Source of the DNA: Torpedo marmorata
Lineage: Eukaryota
Direction: 5' to 3'
NCBI GenBank assembly: GCA_977017645.1
Contig: OZ360230.1
Coordinates: 32,736,001 to 32,800,000, forward strand
DNA: 64,000 nucleotides
Positions 26,901 through 41,900 of this stretch are shown here, piece by piece (the first letter of the stretch is position 1; every line of letters begins with the position of its first letter). The notes beneath the pieces are model-generated. The model was not told the origin of the DNA. It saw only the letters and a list, made by a program, of their open reading frames with translations, and did not search any database. Made by a program: the position numbers and the translations under genes.

Positions 26901-29900
26901 AGGAATTTACTGGGAAATTAATCCTCAAGTGTCAGGTGGGAAAATCAGTGTTTAATAAATACATTTTTCAACTTCAAAAACCAAAAGTTGATTGAAATGA
27001 TCATGCAGATTTCTTCGCATTCACTTATACCTGATGCCATTTTTTGCTGAGGCAAAATGGGTAAGCTTTTGGTGCATATTACTAAGAACAAATTTCAACC
27101 ATCGCTCGAGGCTGACAGTTATCAACCTCATGTTGATCCTGACTCTAATTTGTCAGGATGCAACATATAATGTTCAATACTGGCTTAGATTTTATTTTCC
27201 TTAATTTCATGCTTGCCTCTGTAATTTAACTGCATTATCATATAATAAGAAATTTTATTGTATCCAGATAATTGTTGCCTTTAACATCCATGCATGCCTG
27301 ACTTTATTTTCAGTCTCAGAAACAAGCACGGCCACCACTGCCCCTTCTACCACTCCAGGCACAAGCAGCGAGACAACAGGTACAATCATGCACCATAAAC
27401 GTATCCACCGTTCGGTCTTCTCTACCAGTCAATATTTCCTCTTGATGCAAATGAAAAACAGTAGCGATGCCTGATGTTTAAAGCTGAAAAGATTCTTCAT
27501 CACGGCAAAACACAGTTCCATTCAGTGATTCAATGAAAAATGGCACAGATAAAGCATATTTGCAACAGCAGGTTTAAGAAAAATAATCAGATGCCCAGCA
27601 AGATGAAAATCTAACAGTAAATTTGTCTTGTCGTGTCTCTACATAAACTAACGTAATGATTCGAGAACAATACCTTTGCCATGTCTGTGACGAATTCAAA
27701 TGTCAAAAGGGGCTTCACATCAAGCACTAAACATCAGACTGCAGTGATTGGTGCCAGATACACAATCATTTACACGCTCTATTTTTTATTTTCAAATTCC
27801 TTGCAGTCAGCTAAAGTAATGTTGCCATTAAAATCTATTCAATGGTTTATCAAGGACTGACGCACAAGTAGGTAACGGTGAAAAGTTCACAATTTTCCCC
27901 AACTATTCACTCATCACTTGCTGTGACATGGAACCTTCTTCACTTCGAAAATAATCAACAGTCACAAGGTATCCCTTGCAACATTGCTATTACACAAACT
28001 ATTTGTCATAAGAAAGGAAATAAAATTAATTCACTGTTACATCGTCTGTTTAAACCATGTATTAGAGCAGCTTGAACATGCTCTGATGTATTTTAACTAA
28101 ATTCAATGTGTATCAATTTAAAGGATCTCTATCTACAACGACAGAAGGAAGTACCTCCTCAGTGGAAAGTACGACTTTCAGCTCTTCAACAACAGAGCCA
28201 ACATCAACGTCAATAGGTAACATCAATGGGCACCGAGGAGTTGTATGTTGGCAGGGATGAGTTACAAATTGTAAAAATATACCTCCAATCAAATATGTAC
28301 TTGGTGTATTGTCCAAGGCTGCATGTCAACAGAAAGGTTAAACTGTTCAAAGTCATTCCCGTATGGAAATTCTGTGGTGTCAAATGTTCTGATCAATATA
28401 AATTATGTACATATTATTGCTCAGGGGGGCATAGGTTGCAACCCTGCGTGATGAATTCCATGTGAAGTCGTATATTTCAGAGCAGTCACTTCAACAGGAT
28501 GGAATGAATTGAGGGATTAACGATAATCATTCATTGTACAAGTACGAGAAAATATTCCAATCAATCTTAAAAACTAGCAATTATCTGAATGGTGACTCGT
28601 ATTGGACAGGATGTCACACTTTATTTTCAAATATTGGTTACCATTTCTTCTTCTCAGTTTCATTTCCCCTTCAAAAATGTAAGTTCTCTGTTGTTTAATA
28701 AGCTGTTTCATTATATCCAGAGAGTCAACTTGACTTTAACATCAGCACGTTTTGTCTTCATTTTCAGTATCAGAACAAAGCACGACCACCTTGGCTCCTT
28801 CAACCACCTCTGCTACAAGTAGTGAAACAACAGGTAGATTTATACATCAAAAGTATCAATACAATACATTGCAGATATGACAGTGGCTTTTTAGGGGCTT
28901 CCATATAGACGCGTGAATATACAGGGAAAAACGGGTTAAGTAACATTGAAAACACGAGAGATTTTGGAAATTTAGGCATCAGGTAAATTGCTGACATAAT
29001 GAGACCTTGGGCCGATTCCGGTGCAGTTCTGTTCTATTGTCCAGGTTCCCCACAGTCATGTATTCTCTCAATTCAAGTGATGATTGGAGATGCTTGATAA
29101 ATTTCTCTTCAGATTTCTGAACTGTTGATGAAAATCATGTTCACTTTATAGTTCCATGCACTGAATCATTGAACTATTCCGTAGATATGGCATATTTGAG
29201 AAAAAAAAATTCTTAAAAATAACCATTGGTCTTGCAATACGAGAACACGTGCGAATTTGCATTTTTTATGCCTCCACATTATAAAATCTAACTATTAAAA
29301 TAAAAATGGCTTTGCCGTCACTGTAAAGCGTTCAAATAACAAAATTGCCCAGCTCACTCAAATTACCAAGAAGAATTCAACCTAATCAAATGAATATTAA
29401 GCTGTAGTCACTGCTGTCATATATGCATTCACTTTCTGGCTCTAACATCCTTTTCAAACACATTCAACTCATGTAAAATCCAGATAATTTTGAAATCTAA
29501 CAAATAATTCATCAATGGACAACCAACAAATAAATATCGATGCCAAGTCTACAACTTTTACCATTAACTATTCATTGATATTTCATGGAGGTTCCCTTCA
29601 AGATAAACATGCAGTTCCATGACATCAGTTGCCAACTACGTTATTGCATTCTGAAATACTTGGCATCAGAAAGGAAATGAAAGTAATTTGAATAGAGATC
29701 TGACTTCCAGGATTGTTGAATCTCTGTCTAGAACATAGAAGCTAGAACATAGAACAATTCAGCACAGTACAGGCCATTCGGCCCTTGATGTTGTGGCAAC
29801 CCACATATTCCTAAATAAATAAAAAATACTAAACCCTCCCTACCCTATAACCCTCTATTTCTCTTTCATCCATGTGTCTGTCCAAGTGTCTTTTAAATTG

Positions 29901-32900
29901 CTCCAATGGTTCAACATCCACCACCATTCCCTGCAATGCATTCCAGGCACCCACAACTCTCTGTGTAAAAAACGTACCCCTGATGTCTCCCCTAAACTTC
30001 CCTCCATTAACTTTGTACATATGTCCTCTGGTGTTTGCAGATCCTGATCTGGGAAACAGGTGCTGGCTGTCCACCCTATCTATGCCTCTCATAATCTTGT
30101 AGACCTCCATCGTCTCCTCTCATCCTTCTGCACTCCAAAGAGAAAGGTCCCAGCTCTGCTAACCTTGCCTCAATAGACTTGTTTCCCAATCCAGCCAACA
30201 ATCTGGTAAATTTCCGCTGCACCCTCTCCATAGCTTCCACATATTTCCTATAATCAGGTGACCAGAACTGAACACAATACTTACCAAAGATTTGTGGAGT
30301 TGCAACATGACCTCTCTACTCCTGAATTCAATCCCCCTAATAATGAATACCAACATCACATATGCCTTTTTAAATATCCTGTCAACCTGTGCGGCGACCT
30401 TGAGGGATGTATGGATTTGTACCGCATGGTCCAAATGTTCATCCACACTCTTAAATATCCAACCATTAACCCTGTACTCAGCCTTCTGGTTTGTCCTTCC
30501 AAAATGCATCACTTCACAATTATCCGGATTGAAATCCATCTGCCACTTTTCTGCCCAACTCTGCATCCTGTCAAAATCCTCTTGTAAACTTCGACAACCT
30601 TCAGCTCCATCTGCAACTCCTCCAACCTTCGTGTCATCCGCAAACTTACTGACCCATCCTTCCGCCTCTTCATCCAGGTCATTTATAAAAATCACAAAGA
30701 GCAGGGGTCCCAGAACAGATCTAATAGCAGCTTTCCATGCCTCTATGTATTTTAACAATCATTTTCACATATTTCAAGGAACTACATCTGTGACAACAGA
30801 ACCAAGCACCTCCACAGAGCAAATTACATCTTTGACAACTTCTACAACAGAGTCAACATCATTTGTCACAGGTAACATCAATAATAACCTGCTACTCCAA
30901 TTGTTGGCATGGAATACATTGTAAGAGTAAAAATATTGTCTCGTTCACGTAATCTCTTGTGGAGCTATGCAAGACGAGAGATCTGACTGTCATCAGAAAG
31001 GATCATCAAGTCAGGCTCATGCCCCGATGAACTGACAGTTGCATCCAAGTTTTGATTGAAGGAATTTACTGGGAAATTAATCCTCAAGTGTCAGGTGGGA
31101 AAATCAGTGTTTAATAAATACATTTTTCAACTTCAGAAACCAAAATTTGATTGAAATGATCATGCAGATTTCTTCGCATTCACTTATACCTGATGCCATT
31201 TTTTGCTGAGGCAAAATGGGTAAGCTTTTGGTGCATATTACTAAGAACAAATTTCAACCATCGCTCGAGGCTGACAGTTATCAACCTCATGTTGATCCTG
31301 ACTCTAATTTGTCAGGATGCAACATATAATGTTCAATACTGGCTTAGATTTTATTTTCCTTAATTTCATGCTTGCCTCTGTAATTTAACTGCATTATCAT
31401 ATAATAAGAAATTTTATTGTATCCAGATAATTGTTGCCTTTAACATCCATGCATGCCTGACTTTATTTTCAGTCTCAGAAACAAGCACGGCCACCACTGC
31501 CCCTTCTACCACTCCAGGCACAAGCAGCGAGACAACAGGTACAATCATGCACCATAAACGTATCCACCGTTCGGTCTTCTCTACCAGTCAATATTTCCTC
31601 TTGATGCAAATGAAAAACAGTAGCGATGCCTGATGTTTAAAGCTGAAAAGATTCTTCATCACGGCAAAACACAGTTCCATTCAGTGATTCAATGAAAAAT
31701 GGCACAGATAAAGCATATTTGCAACAGCAGGTTTAAGAAAAATAATCAGATGCCCAGCAAGATGAAAATCTAACAGTAAATTTGTCTTGTCGTGTCTCTA
31801 CATAAACTAACGTAATGATTCGAGAACAATACCTTTGCCATGTCTGTGACGAATTCAAATGTCAAAAGGGGCTTCACATCAAGCACTAAACATCAGACTG
31901 CAGTGATTGGTGCCAGATACACAATCATTTACACGCTCTATTTTTTATTTTCAAATTCCTTGCAGTCAGCTAAAGTAATGTTGCCATTAAAATCTATTCA
32001 ATGGTTTATCAAGGACTGACGCACAATTAGGTAAAGGTAAAAAGTTCATAATTTTCCACAACTATTCACTCATCACTTGCTGTGACATGGAACCTTCTTC
32101 ACTTCGAAAATAATCAATAGTCACAAGGTATCCCTTGCAACATTGCTATTAAACAAACTATTTGTCATAAGAAAGGAAATAAAATTACTTCACTGTTACA
32201 TCGTCTGTTTAAACCATGTATTAGAGCAGCTTGAACATGCTCTGATGTATGTTAACTAAATTCAATGTGTATCAATTTAAAGGATCTCTATCTACAACGA
32301 CAGAAGGAAGTACCTCGTCAGTGGAAACTACGACTTTCAGCTCATCAACAACAGAGCCAACATCAACGTCAATAGGTAACATCAATGGGCACAGAGGCTT
32401 TGTATGTTGGCAGGGATGAGTTACAAATTGTAAAAATATACCTCCAATCAAATATGTGCTTGGTGTATTGTCCAAGGCTGCATGTCATCAGAAAAGTTAA
32501 ACTGTTCAAAGTCATTCCCGTATGGAAATTCTGTGGTGTGAAATGTTCTGATCAATATAAATTATGTACATATTATTGCTCAGGGGGGCATAGGTTGCAT
32601 CCCTGCGTGATGAATTCCATGTGAAGTCGTATATTTCAGAGCAGTCACTTCAACAGGATGGAATGAATTGAGGGATTAACGATAATCATTCATTGTACAA
32701 GTACGAGAAAATATTCCAATCAATCTTAAAAACTAGCAATTATCTGAATGGTGACTCGTATTGGACAGGATGTCACACTTTATTTTCAAATATTGGTTAC
32801 CATTTCTTCTTCTCAGTTTCATTTCCCCTTCAAAAATGTAAGTGCTCTGTTGTATAATAAGCTGTTTCATTACATCCAGAGAGTCAACTTGACTTTAACA

Positions 32901-35900
32901 TCAGCACGTTTTGTCTTCATTTTCAGTATCAGAACAAAGCACGACCACCTTGGCTCCTTCAACCACCTCTGCTACAAGTAGTGAAACAACAGGTAGATTT
33001 ATACATCAAAAGTATCAATACAATACATTGCAGATATGACAGTGGCTTTTTAGGGGCTTCCATATAGACGCGTGAATATACAGGGAAAAACGGGTTAAGT
33101 AACATTGAAAACACGAGAGATTTTGGAAATTTAGGCATCAGGTAAATTGCTGACATAATGAGACCTTGGGCCGATTCCGGTGCAGTTCTGTTCTATTGTC
33201 CAGGTTCCCCACAGTCATGTATTCTCTCAATTCAAGTGATGATTGGAGATGCTTGATAAATTTCTCTTCAGATTTCTGAACTGTTGATGAAAATCATGTT
33301 CACTTTATAGTTCCATGCACTGAATCATTGAACTATTCCGTAGATATGGCATATTTGAGAAAAAAAAATTCTTAAAAATAACCATTGGTCTTGCAATACG
33401 AGAACACGTGCGAATTTGCATTTTTTATGCCTCCACATTATAAAATCTAACTATTAAAATAAAAATGGCTTTGCCGTCACTGTAAAGCGTTCAAATAACA
33501 AAATTGCCCAGCTCACTCAAATTACCAAGAAGAATTCAACCTAATCAAATGAATATTAAGCTGTAGTCACTGCTGTCATATATGCATTCACTTTCTGGCT
33601 CTAACATCCTTTTCAAACACATTCAACTCGTAAAATCCAGATAATTTTGAAATCTAACAAATAATTCATCAATGGACAACCAACAAATAAATATCGATGC
33701 CAAGTCTACAACTTTTACCATTAACTATTCATTGATATTTCATGGAGGTTCCCTTCAAGATAAACATGCAGTTCCATGACATCAGTTGCCAACTACGTTA
33801 TTGCATTCTGAAATACTTGGCATCAGAAAGGAAATGAAAGTAATTTGAATAGAGATCTGACTTCCAGGATTGTTGAATCTCTGTCTAGAACATAGAAGCT
33901 AGAACATAGAACAATTCAGCACAGTACAGGCCATTCGGCCCTTGATGTTGTGCCGACCCATATATTCCTTGCTAAATAAAATATACTAAACATTCCCTAC
34001 GCTATAACCCTCTATTTCTCTTTCATCCATGTGTCTGTCCAAGTGTCTTTTAAATTCCCCCAATGTTTCAACATCCACCACCACCCCCGGCAATGCATTC
34101 CAGGCACCCACAACTCTCTGTGTAAAAAACCTACCCCTGATGTCTCCCCTAAACTTCCCTCCATTAACTTTGTACATATGTCCTATGGTGTTTGCAGATC
34201 CTGCCCTGGGAAACAGGTGCTGGCTGTCCACCCTATCTATGCCTCTCATAATCTTGTAGACCTCCATCAAGTCTCCTCTCATTCTTCTGCACTCCAAAGA
34301 GAAAGGTCCCAGCTCTGCTAACCTTGCCTCAACAGACTTGTTTCCCAATCCAGCCAACATCCTGGTAAATTTCCGCTGCACCCTCTCCATAGCTTCCATA
34401 TATATTTCCTATAATCAGGTGACCAGAACTGAACACAATACTTACCAAAGATTTGTGGAGTTGCAACATGACCTCTCTACTCCTGAATTGAATCCCCCTA
34501 ATAATGAATACCAGCATCACATTTGCCTTTTTAAATATCCTGTCAACCTGTGCGGCGACCTTGAGGGATGTATGGATTTGTACCGCATGGTCTAAATGTT
34601 CATCCACACTCTTAAATATCCAACCATTAACCCTGTACTCAGCCTTCTGGTTTGTCCTTCCAAAATGCATCACTTCACAATTATCCGGATTGAAATCCAT
34701 CTGCCACTTTTCTGCCCAACTCTGCATCCTGTCAAAATCCTCTTGTAAACTTCGACAACCTTCAGCTCCATCTGCAACTCCTCCAACCTTCGTGTCATCC
34801 GCAAACTTACTGACCCATCCTTCCGTTCTTCATCCAGGTCATTTATAAAAATCACAAAGCGCAGGGGTCCCAGAAAAGATCTAATAGCAGCTTTCCATGC
34901 CTCTATGTATTTTAACAATCATTTTCACATATTTCAAGGAACTACATCTGTGACAACAGAACCAAGCACCTCCACAGAGCAAATTACATCTTTGACAACT
35001 TCTACAACAGAGTCAACATCATTTGTCACAGGTAACATCAATCATAACCTGCTACTCCAATTGTTGGCATGGAATACATTGTAAGAGTAAAAATATTGTC
35101 TCGTTCACGTAATCTCTTGTGGAGCTATGCAAGGCGAGAGACCTGACTGTCATCAGAAAGGATCATCGAGTCAGGCTCATACCCCGATGAACTGACAGTT
35201 GCATCCAAGTTTTGATTGATGGAAATTACTGGCAAAAATTAATCCTCAAGTGTCAGTTTGGAAAATCGGTGTATAATAAATAAATTTTTCAACTTCAAAA
35301 ACCAAAAGTTGATTGAAATGATCATGCAGATTTCTTCGCATTCACTTCAACCTGTTGCCATTTTTTGCTGAGGCAAAATGGGTAAGCTTTTGGTGCATAT
35401 TACTAAGAACAAAGTTCAACCATCGCTCGACGCTGACAGTTATCAACCTCATGTTGATCCTGACTCTAATTTGTCAGGATGTAACATATAATGTTCAATA
35501 CAGGCTTAGAATTTATTTTCCTTAATTTCATGCTTACCTCTGTAATTTAACTGCATTATCATATATTAAGATATTTTATTGTATCCAGGTAATTGTTGCA
35601 TTTAACATCAACGCATGCCTGAATTTATTTTCAGTCTCAGAAACAAGCACGGCCACCACTGCCCCTTCTACCACTCCAGGCACAAGCAGCGAGACAACAG
35701 GTACAATCATGCACCATATACGTATCCACCGTCTTCTCTCCCAGTCAATATTTCCTCTTGATGCAAATTAAAAACAATGGCGATGCCTGATGTTTAAAGC
35801 GGAAAAGATTCTTCATCATGGCTAAACACAGTTCCATTCTGTGATTCAATGAAAAATTGCACAGATAAAGCATATTTGCAACAGCAGGTTTAAGAAAAAT

Positions 35901-38900
35901 AATCAGATGCCCAGCAAGATGAAAATCTAACTGTAAATTTGTCTTGTAGTGTCTCTAAGTAAACTAATGTAATGATTCGACAACAATACCTTTGCCATGT
36001 CTGTGATGAATTCAAATGTCAAAAGGGGCTTCACATTATGCACTAAACATCAGACTGCAGTGATTGGTGCCAAATATACAATCATTTACACGCTCTATTT
36101 TTTATTTTCAAAATCCTTGCAGTCAGCTAAAGTAATGTTGCTATTAAAATCTATTCAATGGTTTATCAACGACGGACGCACAAGTAGGTAACGGTGAAAA
36201 GTTCACAATTTTGCCCAACTATTCACTCATCACTTGCAGTGACATGGAACCTTCTTCACTTCGAAAATAATCAACAGTCACAAGGAATCCCTTGCAACAT
36301 TGCTATTACACAAACTATTTGTCATAAGAAAGGAAATAAAATTAATTCACTATTACATTATCTGTTTAAACCATGTATTAGATCAGCTTGAACATACTCT
36401 GTTTTATTTTAACTAAATGCAATGTGTATCTATTTAAAGGAACTCTATCTTCAACGACAGAAGGAAGTACCTCGTCAGTGGAAAGTACAACTTTCAGCTC
36501 TTCAACAACAGAGCCAACATCAACGTCAACAGGTAACATCAATGGGCACCGAGACTTTGTATGTTGGCAGGGATGAGTTACAAATTGTTAAAATATACCT
36601 CCAATCAAATATGTGATTGGTCTATTGTCCAAGGCTGCATGTCATCAGAAAGGTTAAACCTTTCAAAGTCATTCCCGTATGGAAATTCTGTTGTGTGAAA
36701 TGTTCTGATCAATATAAATTATGTACATATTAATGCTCAGGGGGGCATAGGTTGCATCCCTGCGTGATGAATTCCATGTTAAGTCGTATAGTTCAGAGCA
36801 GTTACTTCAACAGGATGGAATGAATTGAGGGATTAACGATAAACATTCATTGTACAAGTACGAGAAAATATTCCAATCAATCTTAAAAACTAGCAATCAT
36901 CTGAATGGTGACTCGTATTTGACAGGATGTCACACTTTATTTTCAATTATTTTTAACCATTTCTTCTCAGTTTCATTTCCCCTTCAAAAATGTAAGTGCT
37001 CTGTTGTATAATAAGCTGTTTCATTACATCCAGAGAGTCAACTTGACTTTAACATCAGCACGTTTTGTTTTCATTTTCAGTATCAGAACAAAGCACGACC
37101 ACCCTGGCTCCTTCAACTACAAGTAGTGAAACAACAGGTAGATTTCTACATCAAAAGTATCAATACAATACATTGCAGATATGACAGTGGCATTTTAGGG
37201 GCTTTCAGATAGACGCGTGAATATACGGGGAAAAACGGGTTAAGTAACATTGAAAACACGAGAGATTTTGGAAATTTAGGCATCAGGTAAATTGCTGACA
37301 TAATGAGACCTTGGGCCGATTCCGGTACAGTTCTGTTCTATTGTCCAGGTTCCCTACAGTCATGTATTCTCTCAATTCAAGTGATGATTGGAGATGCTTG
37401 ATAAATTTCTCTTCAGATTTCTGAACTGCTGAAGAAAACCATGTTCACTTTATAGTTCCATGCACTGAATCAGTGAACTATTCCGTAGATATGGCATATT
37501 TGAGAAAAAAAAATTCTTAAAAATAACCATTGGTCTTGCAAGACGAGACCACGTGTGAATTTGCATTTTTTATGTCTCCACATTATAAAATCTATCTACT
37601 AAAATAAAAATGGCTTTGCCGTCACTGTAAAGCGTTCAAATAACAAAATTGCCCAGCTCACTCAAATTACCAAGCAGAATTCAACCTAATCAAATGAATA
37701 TTAAGCTGTAGTCACTGCTGTCATATATGCATTCACTTTCTGGCTCTAACATCCTTTTCTCACACATTCAACTCATGTAAAATCCAGATAATTTTGAAAT
37801 CTAACAAATAATTCATCAATGGACAACCAACAAATAAATATCAATGCCAATTCTACAACTTTTACCATTAACTATTCATTGATATTTCATGGAGGTTCCC
37901 TTCAAGATAAACATGCAGTTCCATGACATCAGTTCCCAACTATGTTATTGCATTCTGAAATACTTGGCATCGGAAAGGAAATGCAATTAATTTGAATAGA
38001 GATCTGACTTCCAGGATCGTTGAATCTAAGTCGAGAACATATAAGCTAGAAAATAGCACAATTCAGCACATTACAGGCCTTTCGGCCTTTGATGTTGTGT
38101 CGACCTACATATTCCTTCCTAAACTAAAGTACTAAACCCTCCCTACCCTATAACCCTTTATTTCTCTTTAATCCATGTGTCTGTCTAAGTGTCTTTTAAA
38201 TTCCCGCAATGTTTCAACATCCACCACCATTCCCGGCAATGCATTCCAGGCACCCACAACTCTCTGTGTAAAAAACCTACCACTGATGTCTCCCCTAAAC
38301 TTCCCTCCATTAACTTTGTACATATGTCCTCTGGTGTTTGCAGATCCTGATCTGGGAAACAGGTGCTGGCTGTCCACCCTATCTATGCCTCTCATAATCT
38401 TGTAGACCTCCATCAAGTCTCCTCTCATCCTTCTGCACTCCAAAGAGAAAGGTCCCAGCTCTGCTAACCTTGCCTCAACAGACTTCTTTCCCAATCCAGC
38501 CAACATCCTGGTAAATTTCCGCTGCACCCTCTCCATAGCTTCCACATATTTCCTATAAATAGGTGACCAGAACTGAACACAATACTTACCAAAGATTTGT
38601 GGAGTTGCAACATGACCTCTCTACTCCTGAATTAAATCCCCCTATTAATGAATCCCAGCATCACATATACCTTTTTAAATATCCTGTCAACCTGTGCGGC
38701 GACCTTGAGGGATGTATGGACTTGTACCGCATGGTCCAAATGTTCATCCACACTCTTAAATATCCGACCATTAACCCTGAACTCAACATTCAGGTTTGTC
38801 CTTCCAAAATGCATCACCTCACACTTATCCGGATTGAAATCCATCTGCCACTTTTCTGCCCAACTCAGCATCCTTTCAAAATCCTCTTGAAAACTTCGAC

Positions 38901-41900
38901 AACACTCAGCTCCATCTAACACTCCTCCAACCTTCGTGTCATCCGCAAACATACTGACCCATCCTTCCGCCTCTTCATCCAGATCATTTATAAAAATCAC
39001 AAAGAGCAGGGGTCCCAGAACAGATCTAACAGCAGCTTTCCATGCCTCTATGTATTTTAACAATCATTTTCACATATTTCAAGGAACTACATCTGTGACA
39101 ACAGAACCAAGCACCTCCACCGAGCAAATTACATCTTTGACCACTTCTACAACAGAGTCAACATCATTTGTCACAGGTAACATCAATCATAACCTGCTAC
39201 TCCAATTGTTGGCATGGAATACATTGTAAGATTAAAAATATTGTCTCGTTCACGTAATCTCTTGTGGAGCTCTGCAAGGCAAGAGACCTGACTGTCATCA
39301 GAAAGGATCATCAAGTAAGGCTCATGCCCCGATGAAATGACAGTTGCATCCAAGTTTTGATTGAAGGAAATTACTGGCAAAAATTAATCCGCAAGTGTCA
39401 GTATGGAAAATCAGTGTTTAATAAATACATTTTTCAACTTCAGAAACCAAAATTTGATTGAAATGATCATGCAGATTTCTTCGCATTCACTTTAGCCTGT
39501 TGCCATTTTTTGCTGAGGCAAAATGGGTAAGCTTTTGGTGCATATTACTAAGAACAAATTTCAACCATCGCTCGAGGCTGACAGTTATCAACCTCATGTT
39601 GATCCTGACTCTAATTTGTCAGGATGTAACATATATTGTTCAATACTGGCTTAGAATTTATTTTCCTTAATTTCATGCTTACCTCTGTAATTTAACAGTA
39701 TTATCATATGTTAAGAAATTTTATTGTATCCAGATAAATGTTTCCTTTAACTTCAACGCATGCCTGATCTTATTTTCAGTCTCAGAAACAAGCACGGCCA
39801 TCACTGGCCCTTCTACCACTCCAGGCACAAGCAGCGAGACAACAGGTACAATCATGCACCATATAGGTATCCACCGTTCGGTCTTCTCTCCCAGTCAATA
39901 TTTCCTCTTGATGCAAATGAAAAACAGTAGCGATGCCTGATGTTTAAAGCTGAAAAGATTCTTCATCATGGCTAAGCACAGTTCCATTCAGTGATTCAAT
40001 GAAAAATTGCACAAATAAAGCATATTTGCAACAGCAGATTTAAGAAAAATAATCAGATGCCCAGCAAGATGAAAATCTAACTGTAAATTTGTCTTGTCTT
40101 GTCTCTACATAAACTAACATAATGATTTGACAACAATACCTTTGCCATGTCTGTGAAGAATTCAAATGTCAAAAGGGGCTTCACATAAAGCACTAAACAT
40201 CAGACTGCAGTGATTGATGCCAAATACACAATCATTTACACGCTCTATTTTTTATTTTCAAAATCCTTGCAGTCAGCTAAAGTAATGTTGCCATTAAAAT
40301 CTATTCAATGGTTTATCAAGGACTGATGCACAAGTAGGTAACTGTGAAAAGTTCACAATTTTGCCCAACTATTCACTCATCACTTGCTGTGACATGGAAC
40401 CTTCTTCACTTCGAAAATAATCAACAGTCACAAAGTATGCCTTGCAACATTGCTATTACACAAACTATTTGTCATAAGAAAGGAAATAAAATTAATTCAC
40501 TGTTACATCATCTGTTTAAACCATGTATTAGAGCAGCTTGAACATACTCTGATGTATTTTAACTAAATGTAATGTGTATCAATTTAAAGGAACTCTATCT
40601 ACAACGACAGAAGGAAGTACATCATCAGTGGAAAGTACAACTTTCAGCTCTTCAACAACAGAGCCAACATCAACGTCAACAGGTAACATCAATGGGCACC
40701 GAGGTTTTGTATGTTGGCAGGGATGAGTTACAAATTGTAAAAATATACCTCCAATCAAATATGTGCTTGGTGTATTGTCCAAGGCTGCATGTCATCAGAA
40801 AGGTTAAACTGTTCAAAGTCATTCCCGTATGGAAATTCTGTTGTGTGAAATGTTCTGATCAATATAAATTATGTACATATTAATGCTCAGGGGGGCATAG
40901 GTTGCATCCCTGCGTGATGAATTCCATGTTAAGTCGTATACTTCAGAGCAGTTACTTCAACAGGATGGAATGAATGGAAGGATTAATGATAAACATTCAT
41001 TGTACAAGTTCGAGAAAATATTCCAATCAATCTTAAAAACTAGCAATTATCTGAATGGTGACTCGTATTTGACAGGATGTCTCACTTTATTTTCAATTAT
41101 TGCTAACCATGTCTTCTTCTCAGTATCATTTCCCCTTCAAAAATGTAAGTGCTCTGTTGTATAATAAGCTGTTTCATTACATCCAGAGAGTCAACTTGAC
41201 TTTAACATCAGCACGTTTTGTCTTCATTTTCAGTATCAGAACAAAGCACGACCACCCTGGCTCCTTCAACTACCTCGGCAACAAGTAGTGAAACAACAGG
41301 TAGATTTATACACCAAAAGTATCAATACAATACATTGCAGATATGACAGTGGCTTTTTAGGGGCTTCCAGATAGAAGCGTGAATATACGGGGAAAAATGG
41401 GTTAAGTAACAATGAAAGCAGAAGAGATTTTGTAAATTTAGGCATCAGGTAAATTGCTGACATAATGAGACCTTGGGCCGATTCCGGTGCAGTTCTGTTC
41501 TATTGTCCAGGTTCCCCACAGTCATGTATTCTCTCAATTCAAGTGATGATTGGAGATGCTTGATAAATTTCTCTTCAGATTTCTGAACTGATGAAGAAAA
41601 TCATTTTCACTTTATAGTTCCATGCACTGAATCAGTGAACTATTGCGTAGATATGGCATATTTGAGAAAAACAAATCCTTAAAAATAACCATTGGTCTTG
41701 TAAGACGAGAACACGTGTGAATTTGCATTTTTTTATGCCTCCACATTATAAAATCTAACTATTAAAATAAAAATGGCTTTGCCGTCACTGTAAAGCGTTC
41801 AAATAACAAAATTGCCCAGCACACTCAAATAACTAAGCAGAATACAAGCTAATCAAATGAATATTAAGCTGTAGTCACTGCTGTCATATATGCATTCACT

